A stretch of 64,000 nucleotides of DNA from the NCBI RefSeq assembly GCF_006345805.1, contig NC_042997.1, positions 149,296,001-149,360,000 on the forward strand, in the 5' to 3' direction. Every line of letters starts with the position of its first letter. The stretch's first letter is position 1. Under the pieces are notes generated by a model that had not been told where the DNA came from, made no database searches, and saw only the letters and a list, made by a program, of their open reading frames with translations. Positions 14,076-26,490 of this stretch are shown piece by piece. The position numbers and the translations under genes are program-made. Origin of the DNA: Octopus sinensis (Eukaryota).

Positions 14076-14573
14076 TAGAATACTATAATCATAAATGATT
14101 ATATATTAAATTTTGAGATACTAGAAGGCACCAACTCAACTCAGTATCAGAGCTAGCTAGAATCCGCAACCAGTATCACCAAATTCAATGTGTGAATGAA
14201 ACGATTGTGTCACCAGCCCCTTCCCACCCGCGTGTAGCCAAAACAAGATGCTGTGGTCATCTACTGAGATAAAATATGGTTATCCGTAATAATGAAGGGT
14301 GAAATTAATTAATTTGGAATAATTATCAATTACACCAAGTAGTCTTCGGCATGTAAAAGCCTCATTCGAGGAAAATTTAAGTAATACTAAGCAATAAAGG
14401 GTTTAGCAACGAATTGCCTTACCACATACCGAATTTAGAAATAGCAGTCAAAGAGTTATAGCTATTTCTTCTACTAAAAAGGGAGATCTCAGTAAAAACA
14501 GCAATTGGAAGGCAGACACAAACAGGTAAGAGAGAATGAATTGACGGCAATCTATCATACATTTTTAAGTTAT

Positions 14574-14678
14574 CTACGGACGTACGTTTCGAAATCAAGT
14601 TTTTAGGAAAGCATAAGAATTAAATATTAAATATTAAATAATTCTATCTTACCGAAACTTCTTTTCTCTTCAGCGTAG
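14574..14678 (-). ncRNA. Type I hammerhead ribozyme (array B); predicted cleavage 14579/14578
   Basis: Stem I CTACG/CGTAG, core CTGAAGA, long stem II GAAAAGAAGTTT/AAACTTGATTTC, GAAA, palindromic ACGTACGT helix III, GUC triplet. Confidence 0.9.
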
Positions 14679-15172
14679 AATACTATAATCATAAATGATT
14701 ATATATTAAATTTTGAGATACTAGAAGGCACCAACTCAACTCAGTATCAGAGCGAGCTAGAATCCGCAACCAGTATCACCAAATTCAATGTGTGAATGAA
14801 ACGATTGTGTCACCAGCCCCTTCCCACCCGCGTGTAGCCAAAACAAGATGCTGTGGTCATCTACTGAGATAAAATATGGTTATCCGTAATAATGAAGGGT
14901 GAAATTAATTAATTTGGAATAATTATCAATTACACCAAGTAGTCTTCGGCATGTAAAAGCCTCATTCGAGGAAAATTTAAGTAATACTAAGCAATAAAGG
15001 TTTAGCAACGAATTGCCTTACCACATACCGAATTTAGAAATAGCAGTCAAAGAGTTATAGCTATTTCTTCTACTAAAAAGGGAGATCTCAGTAAAAACAG
15101 CAATTGGAAGGCAGACACAAACAGGTAAGAGAGAATGAATTGACGGCAATCTATCATACATTTTTAAGTTAT

Positions 15173-15277
15173 CTACGGACGTACGTTTCGAAATCAAGTT
15201 TTTAGGAAAGCATAAGAATTAAATATTAAATATTAAATAATTCTATCTTACCGAAACTTCTTTTCTCTTCAGCGTAG
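15173..15277 (-). ncRNA. Type I hammerhead ribozyme (array B); predicted cleavage 15178/15177
   Basis: Identical to the 14574 copy. Confidence 0.9.
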
Positions 15278-15772
15278 AATACTATAATCATAAATGATTA
15301 TATATTAAATTTTGAGATACTAGAAGGCACCAACTCAACTCAGTATCAGAGCGAGCTAGAATCCGCAACCAGTATCACCAAATTCAATGTGTGAATGAAA
15401 CGATTGTGTCACCAGCCCCTTCCCACCCGCGTGTAGCCAAAACAAGATGCTGTGGTCATCTACTGAGATAAAATATGGTTATCCGTAATAATGAAGGGTG
15501 AAATTAATTAATTTGGAATAATTATCAATTACACCAAGTAGTCTTCGGCATGTAAAAGCCTCATTCGAGGAAAATTTAAGTAATACTAAGCAATAAAGGG
15601 TTTAGCAACGAATTGCCTTACCACATACCGAATTTAGAAATAGCAGTCAAAGAGTTATAGCTATTTCTTCTACTAAAAAGGGAGATCTCAGTAAAAACAG
15701 CAATTGGAAGGCAGACACAAACAGGTAAGAGAGAATGAATTGACGGCAATCTATCATACATTTTAAAGTTAT

Positions 15773-15877
15773 CTACGGACGTACGTTTCGAAATCAAGTT
15801 TTTAGGAAAGCATAAGAATTAAATATTAAATATTAAATAATTCTATCTTACCGAAACTTCTTTTCTCTTCAGCGTAG
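15773..15877 (-). ncRNA. Type I hammerhead ribozyme (array B); predicted cleavage 15778/15777
   Basis: Identical to the 14574 copy. Confidence 0.9.
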
Positions 15878-16211
15878 AATACTATAATCATAAATGATTA
15901 TATATTAAATTTTGAGATACTAGAAGGCACCAACTCAACTCAGTATCAGAGCGAGCTAGAATCCGCAACCAGTATCACCAAATTCAATGTGTGAATGAAA
16001 CGATTGTGTCACCAGCCCCTTCCCACCCGCGTAGAAGAAATAGCTATAACTCTTTGACTGCTATTTCTAAATTCGGTATGTGGTAAGGCAATTCGTTGCT
16101 AAACCCTTTATTGCTTAGTATTACTTAAATTTTCCTCGAATGAGGCTTTTACATGCCGAAGACTACTTGGTGTAATTGATAATTATTCCAAATTAATTAA
16201 TTTCACCCTTC

Positions 16212-16251
<40 letters not shown>

Positions 16252-16258
16252 CATGCAA

Positions 16259-16384
16259 CGGCTTTGGTCGGCCCGACGCTGTAGTAGAAGGTACTTGCCC
16301 AAGTTTCCACGAAGTAGGACTGACCCCGGAACCATGTGGGGAACCATGTAAGGAATCTACTTACCACACAGCCAATCTTGCCTC
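16259..16384 (-). mobile_element. SINE family 1, tRNA-like 5' head
   Basis: ggctttggtcggcccg...cttgcccaag...ggactgaccccggaaccatgtgg...cttaccacacagcc (A-box and B-box on the minus strand). Confidence 0.85.
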
Positions 16385-16959
16385 TATAAATATAAATATA
16401 TTTATATGCATGCACGTGTATGCTTATGTGCCAATACATATATATGTATGCATGTGTGTGTGTGTTCTATGAAAGTGAGCTCATCGATGAACGTCATGGT
16501 TTACTACTACCAAACCTGAATTCAAACTAATAACGGAGGAAAACATCTCTTCGAACAACGCGATATTTATACATCCAGAAAAGATCGTACGAATAATGCA
16601 TAAATCCCTGCGTATAAATATGGATGAATATGCAATTTATGCGATCTAAACACATGTCAAATAATTATTATGAATAAACCAACTATAAATAAACATAAAA
16701 TTTGAATGTTCAAATTCTTAATTCCCCTTATTATATTGTAATTTACCTTCTAAGTAGCCAGGTAAAATGGGAGACACTATTGACAACCCAATAATTTATT
16801 TATATCATAATATAACATAATATACTGTACTATGAATATAATATAATATAATAAAATATAATACAAAAATCATTAAAAGACAAAATAGCCTACAATTTGT
16901 TTCGACTTATATACTACATTTGATGTATAAGAAATACATATCCATTTATATAAATCTCT

Positions 16960-17800
16960 CCAGAACTTTGGTTTATAGACAGACGAAATTCCGTGTGAAA
17001 GGACGGCTGGATTGTAAAATAATTAATTCGCGTGAGCGTTAAATTTTCAACTACCTAACAATTACAATTAAAAAACAACAAAATTATAACGGAAAAATCA
17101 TTAAGTAAATAGAATCTACAACTATCGAAATATATTTCTATATATCTCATGTAATATTAATACAAATTCGTTTAGGTCGAAGACAATCGTTGGATATTAT
17201 AAAAAACATACAACAACAATATATAGGTATATAAATTAAGTATCAGGGTCTTACTTAATCTAGAGACTGCAATAAATCGAGTAAATAAATATAAATGAAA
17301 ATATACTATTATATTAGATAATAACTCCTCTTTTATTTAAAGTTATTGATATACAAAAATTCTTTAAAGTAACTAACAAAAATGTTCTTTATTTATTTAG
17401 TTTATCGGAGCGAGAATTCCGTAAGAAATACGAGGAGAAACCTAACAAAAATGTTCTTTATTTATTTGATTTATCGGAGGGAGAATTCCGTAATAAATAT
17501 GAAGATAAACTTAGGTACAATAGCTACAACCTATATTAACCCATATATATAGAGAGAGTTAAGCTATAATAATGGATATCAAAATATTTCTAGTTTTTCA
17601 GAAGTAACCAGATTTGAAATTACTTAATGGTTCACAGTAACTAAACAGTAAAATGTCTGTATATACATCTTATAGAAGGGAGAGCTCAGCAAATAAAATA
17701 AATAAAGATAAACAAAACTAAGGATTGAGCACCGATCCTCGGGAAATTTGATTAATATTATTTTTTAGATAAAGGACTATAAATAATATATAACCAAATG
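16960..17800 (+). pseudogene. Possible very degenerate AT-rich non-LTR RT remnant (L1/Tx1-like)
   Basis: Fragments QIRLGRRQ (compare IxRGVRQG), KYQGLT*..D (compare LxYADD) and NVLYL (compare KYLG) occur in the expected order but with many stops; weak. Confidence 0.3.
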
Positions 17801-18189
17801 TTGTTAATTATTTGCAGAATTAACAAAATTATATTGTTGTAATAAGAAAACTAGTTATAAAATATACAATACTGTAATAATTATTGTGGTTATTAAATTT
17901 AATTAGTAAGTCAAATAAAGCTTTTCATTTATCATTATCATTATAATAATTATTATTATCATTCTTATCAATTAATTAATAAATTAAATTAATGTATTTA
18001 TGCATATAATTATTTAGTATAATGAATATATCTTATTTTAAATATGCAATTAATGTTAAATTACTAATATAATTACGTATTTTACAGTAACTGCAAGAAT
18101 TTGCGCTAGAAAGATTCAAAATATTCTGAATTGGGCATGATAGTGGGTTAACCAAAAACGGGGAGAGGAATATAAATACCAAAAAAAAT

Positions 18190-18480
18190 AATGGATTAAT
18201 TCGGTTTTACTTGTGACCTACCGTTGTTTTGAATTTGCTACTGACAGGGGTCTATGTTTGTGGTGCTGGGCTGGTGCTTGGAATGTGACCCGGGTGCCGA
18301 GGAGGTGCAGCTCGAAAATGTTTGAGAAACAGTGGCTTACATTCCCGTTGATTTTTGGTTCCGATGATGATGGAACACCGCCACTTGGTCCGGTCTCGGT
18401 CATGAGTTTCAAACGATTTATGATCAAGTCCAATAGTTTTCAGTGTTTTGAGTTGGCTCGACTAATTTGGAAATCAATGC
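18190..18480 (-). pseudogene. RTE-type LINE ORF2 3' end remnant
   Basis: One minus frame reads TLKTIGLDHKSFETHDRDRTKWRCSIIIG, matching the RTE C-terminal LKxxxIDxxxWExxAxDRxxWR motif. Confidence 0.55.
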
Positions 18481-18505
18481 TTGTAGTAATGTGCTTACAC
18501 TTACA

Positions 18506-18559
<54 letters not shown>

Positions 18560-19374
18560 CACCCACACACACACACACACCAACACACACACACATACAC
18601 ACAGTCACACGTACACTAACACACGCTCTCAAAACATTTAATTGTCAAGACTTATAATACTCTCTCAAAGGAATAGTCGATATATATCGTTGGCTATTAC
18701 TGTGTGGTTGACTAATGAATCAACGAAGGGAGCCAACTAGTGTGGTATTTTGCATGGCTTAAGCGAGTAACTAACTGTTTTAGAAGGATAGACAACGGAG
18801 GATTCACAAAAGTATATTGATGTTTGCGATGTAAGTTGCTCTGGAAATTATCTATATTCTTTCTATTGCATTGTGTGTACGAAATTAATGAAGATATAAA
18901 TTGTAAATTCATAGACTCAATTCATGAACAAATGATACAGTTTAATTAACAACAAAACGAAAGCCTGGATTCCAGTGTTCCCACGTACACACACACACAC
19001 ACACACACACACCACACACACACACAGAGACACACACACACAGATGCACACACACAAACACACACATACACATATGTATATGCGCAAATACACTGACGCT
19101 AAGAAATAGAATGATACGAATTTTAATGTTTTCAACACAGGTGCCACACTTCGTTGGAAATTTTGTTCAATGAAGGTTAAACATATGAATATATATCTGA
19201 ACATGCATATACACATCATATTGGATTTCGAACGCAAGGATGCCCATATTACTTTACTCCTCCTGGCATATAATATATGATATAAATATGTATATATATA
19301 TATATATATTATATATATGTATAAATGTGTGTATATATATATATATACATGCGTGCATACATACATACATAAAC

Positions 19375-19454
<80 letters not shown>

Positions 19455-19470
19455 ATATATATATATATAT

Positions 19471-19503
<33 letters not shown>

Positions 19504-20211
19504 CTTTTTAAAAACTTTTTATAAAAATGTGCATCATTAGAAAGCAATTTGAGACTGCTTATAATTTTACTTTAAATTTCATAGAACTCACTCTTACTAC
19601 TTCATGAGGATAGACACACTCTCTAGGATGTCTGGAAAACATATATGTGATTTAGCTGATGAATACTGGACATTTGTATTTGCTGCAATAGTTGCAGCTT
19701 TAAATAAAATTGTTCTTGGTATAAAACAATTTCACGAAAATACTAATCCATTCTTGTTGCTTTTTTCTTGGTTATATATGTATATATATATATTTCTATG
19801 CTTAGATGAGAATATGATAGTTTATGGCTGAAAAAGTAAACCTATTTCAGAAAACTGAACGTAGTAAAATATAACTTAATAGGCGCCAAATTTTCACAAA
19901 TATTTACATATTTACCCCGACTATCTGTTTGCGAATCGACAGACGTTTATGAAACGTACAACATAAAATGCAGTATATACTAGACATAGCTTAAAAATAT
20001 TTTTTGCTATCATAGTGGAGACTGTTTGACATAGAATACCTAAGAGACGTTATTAGATATTGATGTAACATGTGTTTAAATAATACATGGTGCTTAATGA
20101 TTCGCGAGGTAATGATAAATATAATTTATTCTAGTTTTATCGCAGGCATCAGAACACACGCGTACATTAGGATGAAAACATTAAATATCTACAACACTTG
20201 TGGATATACGA

Positions 20212-20274
<63 letters not shown>

Positions 20275-20362
20275 TGTATGTATGTATGTATGTATGTATG
20301 CATGTATGCATGTGTGTGTGTATATATGTATGTATATATGTATATATGTATATATATATATA

Positions 20363-20417
<55 letters not shown>

Positions 20418-21235
20418 TTATTTTATATATTTGTGTGGCGGAGTGTATACAGATATATAAAATTAAGCAGGGATACTGTGAATTCCTCTTGTGTTATAGA
20501 AAGGAATATCGAGACAGAAATCACTTAGTGATTTATTGTCTGTAAAATGGATACAAAACCCCACTATCATTTTTTTTTGTTCATACACTTTATTAGAAAA
20601 TATGTTTGTTTTTGCAAAGTGAGAAACACAAATGTTTTTAGTATTACCTAACAATGAATATTCCAAACTATTTTTATTGATCACAAGTAGAGGTTTGAAC
20701 TCATATTTTATAGTCTCTTGCAATATATTTTTCCGTAAATTAGATTTTATTCGTTTCTCAGTTGAAAGTGATATCTAGTAAGCAAGCTAAGTATGCCAAA
20801 TTCCAATGCCAGTTATAATTCCTAAATATAATGCTCAATAATGCATGTTCCCAGTTTATCTGCTCAGTAATCTATCACTTTATGTGAATCTGCTAGAGCT
20901 TCGACACCATCTCCTTAGAAATGTAAATAGAAAAGTGTATGTGAAAATCCATGGATTCGCCATTTGGATAAAGTTTATACAGATAATGTTTATATTACCG
21001 ACAGAAAAATTATTCCGTAATGGGAGGTCATTTTCACTTGTTCTACATATTATGGGGAAAAATGTGCATGAGAAACTAGTTTTTTCGAGGTACTGATTAA
21101 TTTCAGTTTGGAATCTATCTGAACATTAACAGTCCTCATTAAGCGAAATACATGGAACGCATAGAACTCATCATTGTAATCTATTTCATACGTGTATACA
21201 CACACACACACACAAATATTTTATTGTAAAGCAGC

Positions 21236-21421
21236 TCAAAAATGATCTCCGCCATTAGCCGCATCAGGAGGACGGTAAGCACTGCCAATGATCACATGCA
21301 CTATTAGTGTATCGCACATTTTGTTGGAGTCGGAGTGGAGGACATTTGTTGGTAGGTCTTCACGCACGTAGAGTGCTACTCCTCCTTGTTTGTGTATTCT
21401 GCGATCGATTGCGCCGCACAC
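21236..21421 (-). pseudogene. CR1-type LINE endonuclease fragment, between microsatellites
   Basis: DRRIHKQGGVALYVREDL..SNKMCDTLIVH..AYRPPD; overlaps the [15 protein letters not shown] region of the LINE at ~34230. Confidence 0.8.
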
Positions 21422-21424
21422 ATA

Positions 21425-21532
<108 letters not shown>

Positions 21533-21604
21533 ATATAATATAATTGTTAAAAGAACAACCAACGTTAAGGCAAAGAAAACATCTCAAGTTGTGTACAATA
21601 TCAT

Positions 21605-22246
21605 TATTGGAAAATATTTGAAGTTTTACATATATTTTGGGGGAATATACCCGAGTATGGGATATTCCTTCTTCGGTGACAAATAGGGGAAAATAGAATG
21701 GTACATATTAATGAGATGACTACACTGAGGAAGTGATTAAAGGAATAAGGAGATGGAGAGAGAGATGAGAGAAACAAAAAAGGCATAAAAAATGTATAAT
21801 TTAGCTTCATCATGTTGCAGAAACAAGTGCTTGATTCCTTAGGTCGTATCCTGAGTATATCCATGGATATAATACCTTGGAGGTAATCCTGTGTAGGCCC
21901 ACGTAGGTTAAGGTCTCGATATGGTACGGACCTTAGAGAAAAACGGGTACGGATATCTCAAAGTTAAATGGGAAATTAGCAGATTCAGGATACTCAAGAT
22001 ACCCCCTAAGGACTCAAGCTTTGGTTTCTGCAACATCAAAGCTAAATTATAAGATTTTATGTATTTTGCCATTAATCTCCTCGCTCCCGATCTCCCTAGT
22101 CCTTTAATCACATGCTCTGTGTAGTCATCTCATTAATATACACCATTCTCTTTTTCCCTATTTTCCATATTTGATCCTGATGATGGAATATCACATAGTC
22201 GGGGATATCTCAGAAACAGCTGAAAGGCTTTAAATGTTTACCAATA
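21605..22246. mobile_element. TA-flanked foldback/MITE-like element with long imperfect inverted arms
   Basis: ta|ttgg...ccaa|ta ends; tattaatgagatgactacac..gtgattaaagga pairs with tcctttaatcac..gtgtagtcatctcattaata; inner arm atgttgcagaaac..ccttagg pairs with cctaagg..tttctgcaacat. Confidence 0.75.
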
Positions 22247-22615
22247 AAAAAATTCTATACAACTTGAGATGTGTGCCTTGCTTTAACGTTGATTGTCCTT
22301 TTCCGCAATTATATATTCGCTGAATCAGAAACTTGCTTGGGCCCCATAACTACCGACTCAGTTATAAAGTTTGAGTTCTACTAATCCGTTACCACACTCA
22401 ACTAGCGTACCTGATCGTTTAGATCCCCTGTGAACAAAATCCCCATACTTTATATATATATATATATATTGGTGGTGCTATTAAGTTAGACATGGCCTGG
22501 ACCAATCTCTGGTCGAAACATATCTAAGTTTTATCTAAGTTTTATATGTGTGTATGTGTGTGTGTATATGTATACATATGTATTTATGTAGGTATGCATG
22601 TATGTATATATATAT

Positions 22616-22823
22616 TCTTTTGTTTGTTTCAGTCGTTTGACTGCGGCCAAGATAGAGAATCACCTTTAGTCGAAAAAATTGACTCCTGCAATCGATTATT
22701 CTTTCTAAGCCTAGTATTTATTCTATCGCTAACTTTTGCCAAAAAGCACACCAACGTCGGTGATGGTGGGGAGACAAATACAGGCCAATAAAACACACAC
22801 ACACACACCACAAACACACACAC

Positions 22824-22854
<31 letters not shown>

Positions 22855-23121
22855 CACAACACACACACAACATATATTATAATATATATATGTAACATAC
22901 ATATATGTATATATATATATATATATATACATATGGTTGTGTGTGTGTGTGTGTGTGTGAGACGGGTTTCTTTCAGTTTCCGTCTACCAAATCCACTCAC
23001 AAGGCTTTGATCGGCCCGAGGCTAAATTAGAAGGCACTTGCCCAAAGTGCTACGCAGTTCAACTGAACACAGAACCATGTGGTTGGTAAGCAAGCTACTT
23101 ACCACACATCCATTCTTGCAC

Positions 23122-23123
<2 letters not shown>
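22616..23123 (-). mobile_element. SINE family 1, near full-length with an expanded internal microsatellite
   Basis: Tail, body, (CA)/(TA) tract and tRNA-like head (ctgaacacagaaccatgtggttggtaagcaagctacttaccacac) all present. Confidence 0.9.
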
Positions 23124-23166
<43 letters not shown>

Positions 23167-23209
23167 AATCTATCTATCTCTATATGTATATATTTATACT
23201 ATACGTATA

Positions 23210-23263
<54 letters not shown>

Positions 23264-23753
23264 ATATATATAATATATATATACATGTGCGTATATATAT
23301 GCATATTTATACATGTATGTATTTCAATATTATACATAGGGGTACTTATGAATACTCGCATTCATACATGTTTATCTGTGACTGTTTTCGAGAACGTGCT
23401 ATACTTTACTTTCTTCATATCCCTAAAATTAGTGTTTCGGCACGGCATATAGGGTTCGATAAATTAATTATGAGAGTCAGTCTGTTCGACGAAATCATTG
23501 AAAGCGCTACTCCAATACGGCTGTCATAATCCAACGACCGAAACCATTAGACGTATTCACAAAAATATACACGTATGCATATATGTATGCACACGCGCAC
23601 ACAGACACAGAGAAACACAAACATACACATACATATATATTTGTATGAATGTATTATATATATATATATATAGACACACACAATTCATTACGGATATATG
23701 TATATCTAAATTTATGTATATAGATAATATATATATATATATATATATACATG

Positions 23754-23786
<33 letters not shown>

Positions 23787-23787
23787 G

Positions 23788-23880
<93 letters not shown>

Positions 23881-23912
23881 GATATATATATATATATGTA
23901 TATATATATATG

Positions 23913-23980
<68 letters not shown>

Positions 23981-24700
23981 CATAGACACGCAAATTGCCA
24001 CATACGCACACACGCACACACACACCCATATACATGCTTTTGAATACATAAGCACACATACATGTGTTACCCGTTTTGTTTTTCATATTAGTATACAGAT
24101 GTACAGATTCAATATATATTCCACCCCGCCACGCCCCTCGTTTTCAATACACTATTTATATTGCCGCTTGTCATCAGTTGATGTATAATTATTTAATTTG
24201 GTACATGGCTACTGTGATTTTATTCAATCATTGCGGAACGTGACTTACCTATCGCGTGTTTCGGTTAAGTGTATTACTCCCAGTAAATCGATGCAAAATT
24301 ATGAGCATTTCGAATATCAGTCATTTATTCTACTTGTCTTACGTGTTATATTAAACTGTTTGGCACAAAATACGATGAAGAATGTTATTCTTAGTCTCAA
24401 GTTCTATCATACGGGGCCACTTTAAATACCATGGTGTATTAATAGTCTCTGTAGTAGGAGCCAAATTGGAAAATCATTTTGGCAGTTAATTCTGATGAAT
24501 CCAAATACAGTTGATACGATTCTACCGTGCCAGTTGAATTTAAGATGGTAATTACATGACGTGCATCGTTCGAGCGTGACCATTTTAACGGAAAATCGAA
24601 GAAAATCTAAATGTACGTGTATGTGTTTTGTGTGTGTGTGTGCGCTTACATGTCTCTTTATATGAATATGTATAGGCATGCATACATACATGCATACATT

Positions 24701-24746
<46 letters not shown>

Positions 24747-24778
24747 TATATTTACACGCACACACACACATTATATAT

Positions 24779-24913
24779 ATAGGCATGCAGTGATATAATG
24801 TATATATACATACATGCACTACACACTCTTGGTGTATATATATAATATATATAATATATATATATATATTATGTATGTTACATACATATAAATATATATC
24901 TATATATACATAG

Positions 24914-24947
<34 letters not shown>

Positions 24948-24998
24948 GCATGCAGTGATATATATGTATATATACATACATGCACATACACACATTCT

Positions 24999-25049
<51 letters not shown>

Positions 25050-25115
25050 ACATACATATAAATATATATATATATACATAGACACACACACCACACACCA
25101 CACATATATATATAT
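24779..25115. repeat. ~165-bp tandem duplication in a microsatellite-rich tract
   Basis: aggcatgcagtgatata at 24781 and 24946; catacatataaatatatat..catagacacac occurs twice. Confidence 0.75.
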
Positions 25116-25250
25116 ATATGTATATATATTCGTTAAAATTGTCCTACATCTGAACTGACTAAGATATTTTGTGTTTGACTGATTGTCATCTAAATGCTAA
25201 ATTAGAAATATAGCTAAATAGCGCCAAATTTTAGGATCTATATGTTAGAG

Positions 25251-25341
<91 letters not shown>

Positions 25342-25949
25342 TACATATATATATGTATACATATATATGTGTATGTGTGTGTACGTTTATGTGTCTGTAT
25401 GTGTGAGTGTGTAATACAAATAGGAAATGATTGTATGCTTACTTCAAACCATAGCAATTTCTTTTTACTCCATTCATAAAATAAACATTTCATAAATTTG
25501 AAATCACATTTTAGTCAAATTATTACACGTTAGGTATTGTCTACGGAGTATCAAAAGTCAATATTTTTAGATACATCACGACAGTATCTGCATTGCTTAT
25601 CAAAAGACGAATATAAAATCATTCGTTTCGCCAATACCAGATAAAACGCACTATAAGATCTGTATAGGTATATGAAGACACATATTGCTCATTAGCATAT
25701 ATATATTTGGAGACTTATTTGAATTGAATCAAACAAAGATAATGTATTTAATTTTTTCTTGCTTAATACAAGGGGTTCGATCTAAATTTTACGATATTTC
25801 ATGTCTCCTTTTTTTCCGGAACAGATTCATGGTCTGGTAAACAATAAATGGTATTGGATAACATAAAATTTAAAGTTGTAATTGATAAAAACCTAGCTGG
25901 CACGGAAGATAGGAAACCATCTGAATATTGGAAGAATGTTATCTGTATC

Positions 25950-26490
25950 ATCATGATTTGCACCAGGTGTCAAAATGCGAACATCATGACTGTTGGTCAA
26001 TACTTAGAGCACAATGTAAATGCGATAATACGGGACATGACCAGCTGTAGCAGGGTCTATGAAACAGTGCCCAGCAGTGACTTGCACAACAGGCGTTCTG
26101 ACTTGATCGGCACTTTGATTACTCCCCACATGTTTGAACATGGCTTGAGACTCATTTGCGATGACTAAAGGAAGCTTCTGGAGAGGGTGGATGCTGGAAG
26201 GTTATATATGTGGCAGCAAGACTCGGCTCGTTGCCAAATCTGAAGAAAGAGCCAGAAATGGCAGTCGTACAATTTCTCAGGCTTCACTAGCCCCAATTTC
26301 CGTTGTCTTAATTCCCCCTATTTTAATTCCATGGCTTACTATGTGTTGGCGCACGGTTGTGAAAAACACCAACAGCTCTGGTAGCAACATCGAGTACGAG
26401 CTGTTGACCAAGATCAAAGATACAGCGAGAAAAGCATGCACCTGGTTCTGAAAAGGTCTTGATACGGTGGTAGTAGCTTAGGGAAACTAC
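25950..26490 (+). pseudogene. Internally deleted DD37D (maT-like) Tc1/mariner transposase remnant
   Basis: GLRL..LERVDAGRLYMWQQDSARC, NFSGFTSPN..NSP..YYV, VVKNTNSS..NIEYELLTKIK; frameshifts and stops. Confidence 0.8.

Larger units (their letters stand above)
13781..16216 (-). mobile_element. Retrozyme-like array B: ~600-bp hammerhead-containing monomer; 3.76 tandem copies (13781-16032) plus a 186-bp inverted segment (16031-16216), between (TA)n tracts
   Basis: aagtaatactaagc recurs at 13781, 14379, 14979 and 15578; the sequence switches to the reverse complement at 16031; one hammerhead per unit on the minus strand. Confidence 0.88.

Noticed and set aside
7883-16216. Arrays as CRISPR, or as pure whole-genome-amplification or assembly chimeras
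   Set aside because: No short repeat-spacer pattern. One intact hammerhead per unit and consistent inversion polarity favour a biological origin, though read-level confirmation is still needed
16440-18200. Mitochondrial insertion (NUMT) hypothesis for the AT-rich island
   Set aside because: No convincing mitochondrial protein, tRNA or rRNA motif found on manual translation
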